The notes under the pieces are model-generated. The model searched no databases. It had not been told where the DNA came from and worked only from the letters and a program-made list of their open reading frames with translations. A stretch of DNA of 64,000 nt, from positions 96,001-160,000 of the forward strand of contig CAVWIP010000015.1 of the NCBI GenBank assembly GCA_963755125.1, read 5' to 3'. Shown one piece after another: positions 51,830 to 59,760 of the stretch (position 1 is its first letter; each line of letters begins with the position of its first letter). This stretch comes from an uncultured delta proteobacterium (GTDB taxonomy: Bacteria > Myxococcota_A > Polyangia > Fen-1088). A program made the translations under genes and the position numbers.

Positions 51830-52587
51830 CGCCCACCCCCGAAGAAACGAGACGGCGCCGCCGTGCCCAAGCCCGTCCGTCCTTGATCTTCCTCTTGAGA
51901 CACAGACTTGTGGACGGAAGCCAAGGCTTTGTTCAGATACCGCTTTATCGTGGCCAGCGAGATGTCCAGGCCCAGAGCGATCTCCTGCAACTCCATGCCA
52001 TCCACATATCGGAGAACGAACACGGCCCTGTACTTGTCGCGCATCCGATCCAGCATCCGCTGGACGGACAACAGCGTCTCGCGCATCTCAAAATCGGCCG
52101 GTGACGACGATGAGACCATCGCAGAATCCTGCCGCTCAGCCACGATCCGACGGCGCATGCGCAAACGGCGGATCTCCTCACTCAGCACGCGCACCGCCAC
52201 GGAATACACGAAGCTGCGAAGGGCCGATGCTTTTTCCAGCGTATGTAGCCTGCGGAAAACCCTGAGGAACACCTCCTGGGTCAGATCGTCATGGTCGTGG
52301 CGCGGGCCGAGTGCCCGGCGAAAAAGGCCATACACCATCTGCGCGAAACGGAACCAGATCTCGCGTTGGGCCCAGACCTGGCCTACCAGGGCTGCCCGGG
52401 CCAAGATGGCGTCGTCGGTATCGGCACCCACGCGCTCGTCTCGCCCAGCGGCACCCGTGGTCCGTTCGTTGACGGACAGCGACACAGGACCGGAACCGCC
52501 ATCGTGAATGGTCCGATCAGCCACAGACCCTATGGTACCAGTATGCCAGGTTAGGGGCCACACGTTGCGTTGGGTTCCTACAGCCAC
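51826..52587 (-). CDS. ECF RNA polymerase sigma factor
   Basis: DDLTQEVFLRVF region 2; RAVFVLRYVDGMELQEIA...SLATIKR region 4; true start probably downstream of 52587. Confidence 0.9.
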   Translation of the reverse strand: MAVGTQRNVWPLTWHTGTIGSVADRTIHDGGSGPVSLSVNERTTGAAGRDERVGADTDDAILARAALVGQVWAQREIWFRFAQMVYGLFRRALGPRHDHDDLTQEVFLRVFRRLHTLEKASALRSFVYSVAVRVLSEEIRRLRMRRRIVAERQDSAMVSSSSPADFEMRETLLSVQRMLDRMRDKYRAVFVLRYVDGMELQEIALGLDISLATIKRYLNKALASVHKSVSQEEDQGRTGLGTAAPSRFFGGGR

Positions 52588-52797
52588 AGGAGTCTTCTTT
52601 CATACCGCAGTGTCGCGATGGCGCTTTAGCGGCTCACGAAGTCTCGGGCTGCAGGGCTTCTTGGGCGCGGACCTGCGATGAGATCTTTTTTGAGCCATCG
52701 GACTTCGGCTGGCCACTGGACAGCTTCAACAATTTCACCTTTGCCATTGCCATGATACGTGAGAACGGATACATATCGTTCCAATGAAAATAGTCAG

Positions 52798-52871
52798 CGC
52801 GCCCGGAGGGAATCGAACCCCCAGCCCTCGGCTTAGAAGGCCGATGCTCTATCCACTTGAGCTACGGGCGC
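52798..52871 (-). tRNA. tRNA-Arg(TCT)
   Basis: Full cloverleaf GCGCCCG...GCTC/GAGC, TCGGC-CTTCTAA-GCCGA, GGGGG-TTCGATT-CCCTC, CGGGCGC-G; CCA not encoded. Confidence 0.97.
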
Positions 52872-52967
52872 CCGGGGAGAAAAGTATCATGCCGGCTCGC
52901 CCGCCGCACGCCGGGGCGGCCCTGCTCTTGACCGTCGTCGGCGGTCGCGGCGTTGTATGCTGGGGCC

Positions 52968-53945
52968 ATGCCGCCCCTGGTCAGTTGGCGCTCCGGCCTG
53001 CATTGCGGATTGCTGTGCCTGGTCTTCGCGACCGGCTGTCGGAGATCCGCGGCCGAGGTCGCGGTCTTCTACGCTACCAGCTTGACCGCCGTGCTGGGGG
53101 ACGCGGTGGACAAGTTCCAACGCGACAACCCGCGCGTTCGTGTTCGGCTGGACCCGAGCGGCTCCCAGGTTGCCGCGCGCAAGGTGGTCGAGCTGGGCAT
53201 GCGCGCTGACATCGTCGCAGTCGCGGACGCCGGGATCATCGACAAGATGATGATTCCGCGGCACGCGAGCTGGAACGTCGTGTTTGCGACCAACGAGATC
53301 GTGCTGGCCCACAAGGACCACAGCAAGTTTACCGACGAGGTGACGACCCAGAATTGGCCGAGCGTTCTGACCCGGCCGGGGGTGCGCCTGGGCCGGGCCA
53401 ATCCTGACACTGCACCGGTGGGGTACAACACGCTCCTGGTCTGGCAGCTTGCCGAGAACTCGGGAAGCTATGGCGACGCCGGCGTGAACTTGTCGGCCCG
53501 GCTTGTCGGCCAATGCGCGAAGGAACAGGTGACCCACGACGAGGCCGAGCTGCTGACCCTCCTGGAAGCCCGCGCTGTCGACTATGCGTTCTTGTTCCGT
53601 TCCACGGCCGAGGATCATCACCTGAAGATCACCGCACTGCCAGCGGACCAGAATCTGTCGCAGCCCGAACTGGCCGAGCACTATGCCAGCGCCAGCGTCG
53701 AGGTTCGCATGAAGCAGGGCGAAGGCAAGACGCGCATCACCGGCGGGCCGATCACATATGGTCTCACCATTCCCGCGGGCGCCCCTCACGCCGCCGAGGC
53801 GCGCGCTTTCGTCGCCATGTTGCTGGGCGAGGGCGGTCAGCGCCTCCTGCAGAGACGCGGCTTCCGTCCGGCCAAGCCGGCATGGTGCAGTCCCTGCACT
53901 GCGCTTCCCGAGGAGCTGAGATCCCTCGTGGTGCCCAAACCTTGA
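52968..53945 (+). CDS. Tungstate/molybdate ABC transporter substrate-binding lipoprotein (WtpA/ModA-like)
   Basis: FATGC lipobox, YATSL, SGSQVAARK, ADIVAVAD, FATNEIVL, NPDTAPVGY, PITYGLTIP. Confidence 0.85.
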   Translation: MPPLVSWRSGLHCGLLCLVFATGCRRSAAEVAVFYATSLTAVLGDAVDKFQRDNPRVRVRLDPSGSQVAARKVVELGMRADIVAVADAGIIDKMMIPRHASWNVVFATNEIVLAHKDHSKFTDEVTTQNWPSVLTRPGVRLGRANPDTAPVGYNTLLVWQLAENSGSYGDAGVNLSARLVGQCAKEQVTHDEAELLTLLEARAVDYAFLFRSTAEDHHLKITALPADQNLSQPELAEHYASASVEVRMKQGEGKTRITGGPITYGLTIPAGAPHAAEARAFVAMLLGEGGQRLLQRRGFRPAKPAWCSPCTALPEELRSLVVPKP

Positions 53946-55168
53946 AGTTGGCAGCCAAACAGATCGCGGCCGCCATCGTGGCGCTGGCGGCGATCCACGT
54001 CGGGTTGGGTTTGCTGCCCGATCCGCCCTTCTCGCTGCCCATGAACGCGGTGCTGTTCTTCACCAACCTCTTCGTGTTTCACGCGGCGGCCGCGACCCTG
54101 GCCCGACGCTCGGCGCGCACGGTGGGGCTTTTCCTGGTCGGCTACTTCGTTCTCTTCCTGCTCGTGCTGGTCCTGCTCGGCAAGACGCCGCTCTTCATTC
54201 TGCTGGTGGTGGCTTACGCCAGCCTGTTCGCCTCGCCGGTCTTGCTCGGGTTCTTCGCCATCTTCGTGCTGTCGTTCGTGCTCCTGCAGCCCTATGCCTT
54301 CGAGACTTTCATTCCACTCGCCCTCATCTACAGCACCCTGTGGCGCGTGCGCCGGGTTACCTCGCGCTTCGTCCGTCTCTGTCTGGGCGGCGGTCTGGTG
54401 GCCTTCGGCATCGTGCTGTTCCCGCTCATCCATCTGGCGACCGAGGACTCTTTGCAGACGCTGTGGCGCACCTTCGTCCGTCCCGAGGTGCGCGACGCCC
54501 TGTGGATGAGCCTGGCGTCGTCCACCCTGGCCACGCTGCTGGTGGGGCTGTGGGGCATTCCGCTCGCCTACGCCCTGGCGCGCGTGGACTTCCCGGGCAA
54601 GCGCTGGGTGGAGTCGCTGGTGGACGTGCCCATCCTGGTGCCGCAGTCAGTGGCCGGGGTGGCGCTCATCGTGCTGCTCGGCCCAGGCAGCATCTTGGGC
54701 GAGGTGCTGGAATCCTGGCACTTGCCCATCTCGGGATCGCTCGCGGGCGTGGTCATAGCCCAGGTCTTCGTGGCCTCGCCCTTCCTCATCAAGACGACCA
54801 TGACGGCCTTTGAATCGGTGCCTCTGCGCCTGGAACTGGCCTCGCGCAGCCTGGGCGCCTCGTCGGCCGCGACCTTCTGGCGCATCTCGCTGCCCCTGGC
54901 CTCGCGCGGGATCCTGGTCGGCGCCACCCTGGCCTGGGCGCGCGCCATCAGCGAGTTCGGCTGCATCGTTCTGTTCGCCAGCTCGCCGGTCACCGCGCCG
55001 GTGCTGGTGCACACGGAGTTTTTGCGCGCGGGCGTCTCGGAGAGCCGGCCCATTGCCGTGCTGCTGCTGGTGATCTGCCTGTGGGTATTCGTCATGTTGC
55101 AATTCGGGCAGACCCTGATGCCCTTTGCCCTACGGCGGCCACGGCCACGCCAGGAGCGCCGACCGTGA
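53942..55168 (+). CDS. Mo/W ABC permease (WtpB/ModB-like) with long extra N-terminal TM region
   Basis: GIPLAYALAR..FPGK, DVPILVP, ELASRSLGAS (EAA loop), WARAISEFG; TTGA overlap with the upstream stop. Confidence 0.85.
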   Translation: MKLAAKQIAAAIVALAAIHVGLGLLPDPPFSLPMNAVLFFTNLFVFHAAAATLARRSARTVGLFLVGYFVLFLLVLVLLGKTPLFILLVVAYASLFASPVLLGFFAIFVLSFVLLQPYAFETFIPLALIYSTLWRVRRVTSRFVRLCLGGGLVAFGIVLFPLIHLATEDSLQTLWRTFVRPEVRDALWMSLASSTLATLLVGLWGIPLAYALARVDFPGKRWVESLVDVPILVPQSVAGVALIVLLGPGSILGEVLESWHLPISGSLAGVVIAQVFVASPFLIKTTMTAFESVPLRLELASRSLGASSAATFWRISLPLASRGILVGATLAWARAISEFGCIVLFASSPVTAPVLVHTEFLRAGVSESRPIAVLLLVICLWVFVMLQFGQTLMPFALRRPRPRQERRP

Positions 55169-55965
55169 TCGAAGTCCAGCACCTCGGTTGCCGCTTCGGC
55201 GATTTCGCCCTCGACGACGTGTCCCTGCGCATCGGAAAGGGGGAGTACTGGGTGCTGCTCGGCCCCAGCGGCTGCGGCAAGTCGGTGCTGCTGCAGACCA
55301 TTGCCGGATTTTTTCAGCCGTCGGCCGGTCGGATCTTGGTGGACGGTCGCGACGTCACGGCGCAGGCGCCCGAGCAGCGGAACATCGGTCTCGTGTTCCA
55401 GCAGGCGGCGCTGTTCCCGCACCTTTCTGTGCGCAGCAACATCGAATACGGCCTGCGCGCCCGCCGGGTGCCCGAAGTCGAAGCCCGTCGCACCGTCGAC
55501 GAGTTGATCGAACGTCTGGGTTTGGCCGCGGTTCTCCCCCGGCCGGTCGCCACCCTGAGCGGCGGCGAGGCGCAACGGGTGGCCATCGCGCGCGCGCTGG
55601 CCGTGCGGCCGGTGCTTCTCTTGCTGGATGAGCCGCTGAGTTCACTCGACCACAACTCGAGGCTGGAACTGCAGAACGAGCTGGCCCACTGGCACAAGGA
55701 ACTTAATCTCACCACGCTGCACGTGACCCACAGCCGTGACGAGGCGGCGTCGCTGGGCGATTTTTTGGCAGTGATGCTGGGTGGACGCCTCGTCCAGGCC
55801 GGCACGCTGGCTGAATTGCGCGAGAAGCCGCGCTGTCCCTTCGTCGCGCACTTCCTCGGGCTGGCCCCGTCGTCGGCGCTTTCCCGGCCGCCTTGCGCCG
55901 CGGCCTGCCTTGACGAGCCGGGGTGTTCTGTCTGCGAACCGCTCGACGAAAAAGGCGAGGGATAA
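55165..55965 (+). CDS. Mo/W ABC ATP-binding protein
   Basis: GPSGCGKS, LSGGEAQR, LLLDEP, HVTH; Cys-rich tail, no TOBE domain. Confidence 0.9.
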   Translation: MIEVQHLGCRFGDFALDDVSLRIGKGEYWVLLGPSGCGKSVLLQTIAGFFQPSAGRILVDGRDVTAQAPEQRNIGLVFQQAALFPHLSVRSNIEYGLRARRVPEVEARRTVDELIERLGLAAVLPRPVATLSGGEAQRVAIARALAVRPVLLLLDEPLSSLDHNSRLELQNELAHWHKELNLTTLHVTHSRDEAASLGDFLAVMLGGRLVQAGTLAELREKPRCPFVAHFLGLAPSSALSRPPCAAACLDEPGCSVCEPLDEKGEG

Positions 55966-56051
55966 CTATACGCGAGGGTACCGACACGGCCCGGGCGTGT
56001 CAGACTTGCTGTCACTCGATCGCTTCGTGACGCCAGCCCTTTCGCAGCACC

Positions 56052-57095
56052 ATGCAGCCTGAACGTTCCCCGCTTGGCAAGATCTTCGATGTCCCTTTCC
56101 TATCGCTGGACGGGACCAGCGTGGAGATGGCGTCGCTCATCTTTCTCTTTCTCGTCGTGATCGCCATTAGCGGCGTCCAGCGCCGACGCCAGTTTGTCCG
56201 CAGGATTGTGCAGGCAGGATCCTTCTTCGTCTTCTTCTACGTCGTGTACTCGTGCCTGGGCGTCTTCGGAATGATTCGCAACGGCCTCTACGGGATGACC
56301 TTGCTCGGTTCGGCCTACTCCGAGTCGTTCTACTGGCTGGCCCTGCCGGTCGTGATCATCTCGGTCACTCTGCTGCACGGACCGGTCTTCTGCGGCTGGA
56401 TCTGCCCCACTGGTGCCGTGCAGGATCTCGCGGGCTGGCTGCGCAAACGGTTTCTCCGTCGCCAGGAACGACTCACCCGCGGAAAGCTGATTGGTCTGAC
56501 CGTGTTAGTGGCGGGTTTTCTCGTGCTGCTGATTTGGGTTGGGTCAAAGAAGGAGTTGTTGGTCGAGGACTCGAGTGTGCACTGGGCGGCCATGCTGATC
56601 CTGCTTTGCTACGTGGTGCTCGCCGGCGTCGTCGACGATCAGCCCTCGCGCAAGCTGCGCCTTTTCAGCCTGGCGGCCATTTTTCTTACGGCGGTGTCGC
56701 ACTTGGTGGTGACCTCGCCGGTGCATTTCGCCTTCACCGCGCGCGATGACAAGGCGTCCGCGCTCACCACCCTGGTGATCCTGGTGTCGGCAATCTTCGT
56801 TCTGCGTCCCTGGTGCCGGTATCTGTGTCCCTGGGGCTACCTGACGGGCTTTCTTCATCGCTTTTCGCGTCTGCACATCCAGAAAGCGCCGGCCCGTTGC
56901 ACGGAATGCGGCGTGTGCAACACGACCTGCGATGTGGCTGCGATCAAGAATGGAGTGGTTCGCCTGGATCAATGCCAGTTCTGCTATTCGTGTGTGGATC
57001 ATTGTCCCAATGGCGGCCTGCGCGTGGTCGACATGTGGAGCCAGCAAGGTGAGACGTCCGCACTTCCAGCGAAGAAGGCGGAGGATCGCGCGTGA
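56052..57095 (+). CDS. Membrane 4Fe-4S binding protein (NapH/MauN/YccM-like)
   Basis: FCGWICP and WCRYLCP motifs plus CTECGVCNTTC and CQFCYSCVDHCP; many TM helices. Confidence 0.88.
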   Translation: MQPERSPLGKIFDVPFLSLDGTSVEMASLIFLFLVVIAISGVQRRRQFVRRIVQAGSFFVFFYVVYSCLGVFGMIRNGLYGMTLLGSAYSESFYWLALPVVIISVTLLHGPVFCGWICPTGAVQDLAGWLRKRFLRRQERLTRGKLIGLTVLVAGFLVLLIWVGSKKELLVEDSSVHWAAMLILLCYVVLAGVVDDQPSRKLRLFSLAAIFLTAVSHLVVTSPVHFAFTARDDKASALTTLVILVSAIFVLRPWCRYLCPWGYLTGFLHRFSRLHIQKAPARCTECGVCNTTCDVAAIKNGVVRLDQCQFCYSCVDHCPNGGLRVVDMWSQQGETSALPAKKAEDRA

Positions 57096-58579
57096 GGAGT
57101 GCCGGTAGGCTCGGGCAACCATCACTCGTGGTCATGAGTGGGGCCGTCCTCGCCGTCGTCCTGTCGCTCGCTGCGCGGCGAGTGCAGGCTTGCTCGCTGT
57201 GGTCGCAGAGCCGGTGTGACGCCCAAAACACCGCAGCCATTGAACTGGACGCGCCGGCGAGCGAGCCGCCTCGCGCGTGGAGCTTCGACGGCAGCGGCCG
57301 CGTGTGGGGCTACGAGCCGGGCATGACCGTGTGGTCGTCGCCTGCCTTGGCCTCGGTCGAGGGACGGGCCTTACTGGCCGTGGGCAACTACGACCACACC
57401 CTGTACGCGCTCGACGCGGCCACAGGCGAGCGGCTGTGGACCTTCACCACCGGCGGGCCGGTGTACGCCGCGCCCGTGTTCTTCCGCGAGGGCAACCGAA
57501 CGCTTTTGGTTGCGGCCTCGACCGATCGCCTAGTCTACGCCATCGATGCCGCCACCGGCCGGCAAGCCTGGGTCCATTCGGTCGAGGACTACCGACCCAC
57601 CCTGGGCGGCGCCCGGCTGGCCGCGCCCTGCGTGGGCGGAACCGGGGACAGCGACAACGCGGTCTTCGTGGCCTACTGGGTTTGGGATCGCTCCCTGGCC
57701 AACAGTCTGCAGAAGAGCGGCGTGCTGGCCCTCACCCTGGCCGAGGGCAAGCCGCTTTGGCGTCAGGAACTGGGTGACAATGATCTCAGCGCCCCAATCT
57801 TCGTGCGCACCGCCGGCCACGGGCAGCTCTTTCTCGGCTCGGCCAATGGCAATGTCTACGCCGTGGACGCCGCGACCGGTGCTGTGCAATGGAAGAAGAC
57901 CGAACTCGACGCGGTTCGCAGCCCGCCTGCGTTCTTCGTTTCGTCGTCCGGGCCGCTGGTGGTGACGGGTTCCAAGTACGGCACGGTCCGTGGCCTCGAC
58001 GCGGTCACTGGCGCCGAGCGCTGGAACTACAAGACCGGCGATCGCATCACCGGTTCGCCAGCCATTCTGGTCGAGGGGGGCTCGGCGCGCGCGTTCGTCG
58101 GTTCCTACGATCGCTCCTTGCACGCCCTCGATGCCTCCAATGGCTCGCCCATCTGGCGCTTGGCTGCCCGCGGCGGCCTGTATTCGTCGCCTGCTCTGGT
58201 GGATTCAAGCGGAGAAGCGATGGTCCTCGTCCTGGGATGGGACCACATGTTGCACGCTGCCGCGCTGAAGACCGGCGAGACGCTCTTCTCCGCCTTCACC
58301 GGCCGGCCGCTGTGGAACGTCGCCGGGATGGATGACAGCAACTGGTCGTCGCCGGTGGCCGGACGCATCCTCGACCGGTGGATGGCCTTTGTGGGCAGCT
58401 ACGACGGCACCCTGCGCGCCCTGCCGCTCGGCGAGGCCGAGCGCGCGGCGCCTGTGCTTCGCTCCAACCTCTGGTTCTGGCTGTCCTTCCCCTTGGTGCT
58501 GATTCCGTTCCTGGCGCTCACCGTCGGGCTCACTGCCCGCGAGCGACGGCGGCAGCGGCGGATTACTCCAACTCGGTAG
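57092..58579 (+). CDS. Secreted PQQ-binding-like beta-propeller protein with C-terminal membrane anchor
   Basis: Repeated S(S)P...GS.D..LYALDA.TG...W; C-terminal TM helix plus RERRRQRR; GTGA overlap. Confidence 0.85.
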   Translation: MRSAGRLGQPSLVVMSGAVLAVVLSLAARRVQACSLWSQSRCDAQNTAAIELDAPASEPPRAWSFDGSGRVWGYEPGMTVWSSPALASVEGRALLAVGNYDHTLYALDAATGERLWTFTTGGPVYAAPVFFREGNRTLLVAASTDRLVYAIDAATGRQAWVHSVEDYRPTLGGARLAAPCVGGTGDSDNAVFVAYWVWDRSLANSLQKSGVLALTLAEGKPLWRQELGDNDLSAPIFVRTAGHGQLFLGSANGNVYAVDAATGAVQWKKTELDAVRSPPAFFVSSSGPLVVTGSKYGTVRGLDAVTGAERWNYKTGDRITGSPAILVEGGSARAFVGSYDRSLHALDASNGSPIWRLAARGGLYSSPALVDSSGEAMVLVLGWDHMLHAAALKTGETLFSAFTGRPLWNVAGMDDSNWSSPVAGRILDRWMAFVGSYDGTLRALPLGEAERAAPVLRSNLWFWLSFPLVLIPFLALTVGLTARERRRQRRITPTR

Positions 58580-59690
58580 CGGACTTTCTTCGCTTTCGCA
58601 GGACGACGAACCAGGCCGCGAGCACGAGCAGGGGAACGGCGAGATAGGCCAGGTAGTGCAGCCGCGAAGGTGCCCGCCTCAGGCTCCCCTTGGCAAGCTG
58701 GATCATGCCGCTGTCCTCGGGGATCGCGCGTTTTTCGTTGTTGATTCTGAAGTCGAAGTCTACCAGGTGCGTGCCGGCCACCGAGGTCGAGAGAAAGATG
58801 GGATGCTGTCCCTCGGACGCATCGGTTGACCGGACGAACGTCAGGATGAAGTCCGCCAACTCGCCGGGCTGCAAGCTGGGCAACTGCGCCGGCGTGACGT
58901 TTATGCTGCATGCCGGGCTGTGTGCGGAGAGAACGAAGTCGTCCATCGGCCGTGTCGAGGTGTTCATCAGCGTGACCCGGGCCTGCGCGATGAGCCCGCG
59001 CAGACGGGCCAGCATGGGACCCTGAACCGCGAGTCCCACTTTTTCCGTGGTGTCCACCGCCGCGATCTCCATGGCCGTGCGCCCTTGGGGCGTACGGATG
59101 CGGATATCCGCGCGGCGATCGATCAGCGCCTTTGCCACGCTGCCCTGTCGGGCCGTGTGAAGCGGCGTCCTGCCCCGATCGTCGAGGACGTTGACGTCTG
59201 CGCCGGCGGTGACCAGCACGGCAACGACCTTGTCGTCGCCGGCCATGTGCAAGGGGGTCATTCCGTAGGCGTTGCGCGCGTCGGTGCGAGCCCCGCGACG
59301 AGTGAGCAGACCCGCGACCTCCGCGCGCCCTCTCATCGCGGCCCAGTGGAGTGGCGTCATGCCAAAACGCGCACGGGCGTTGGGATCAGCGCCCCGGTCT
59401 AGCAGCAGGGCTGCAACGTTGGTCCACCCGCCCGTAGCAGCGAAATGCAGGGCGGTCCAGTCTGATTCGGCCTTGCTGTCGACGGGCGCACCCCCTGCCA
59501 GCAGGGCGCGCACAGCGTCGAGGCGTCCCGCAGCCGCGGCTTGTGTCAAAGCTGAAGCAGGGGCTGCGCCGTCTGCCGTGGTTGCGTGCCCTGATGTGAT
59601 CCCATGTAGGAAGAAAAGTGCGACTAGGAAGATAAATGAGCCGGCTTTTGCGTGGATTCGCACTACAGTAATGTCAACCTTACCTGACAT
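58563..59690 (-). CDS. Secreted ankyrin-repeat protein with Ig-like (NEW3-like) domain and C-terminal TM
   Basis: TALHFAA, TPLHWAA, TPLHMA, TPLHTA repeats; LQPGELA motif; TM then RKRRK; start uncertain. Confidence 0.82.
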   Translation of the reverse strand: MSGKVDITVVRIHAKAGSFIFLVALFFLHGITSGHATTADGAAPASALTQAAAAGRLDAVRALLAGGAPVDSKAESDWTALHFAATGGWTNVAALLLDRGADPNARARFGMTPLHWAAMRGRAEVAGLLTRRGARTDARNAYGMTPLHMAGDDKVVAVLVTAGADVNVLDDRGRTPLHTARQGSVAKALIDRRADIRIRTPQGRTAMEIAAVDTTEKVGLAVQGPMLARLRGLIAQARVTLMNTSTRPMDDFVLSAHSPACSINVTPAQLPSLQPGELADFILTFVRSTDASEGQHPIFLSTSVAGTHLVDFDFRINNEKRAIPEDSGMIQLAKGSLRRAPSRLHYLAYLAVPLLVLAAWFVVLRKRRKSATELE

Positions 59691-59760
59691 CGACCGCCCT
59701 AGCGAGATGTGAATTGGACGCGATGACCAGAGAGACACCCCCTTTGAAGGAGTTTTGGGT

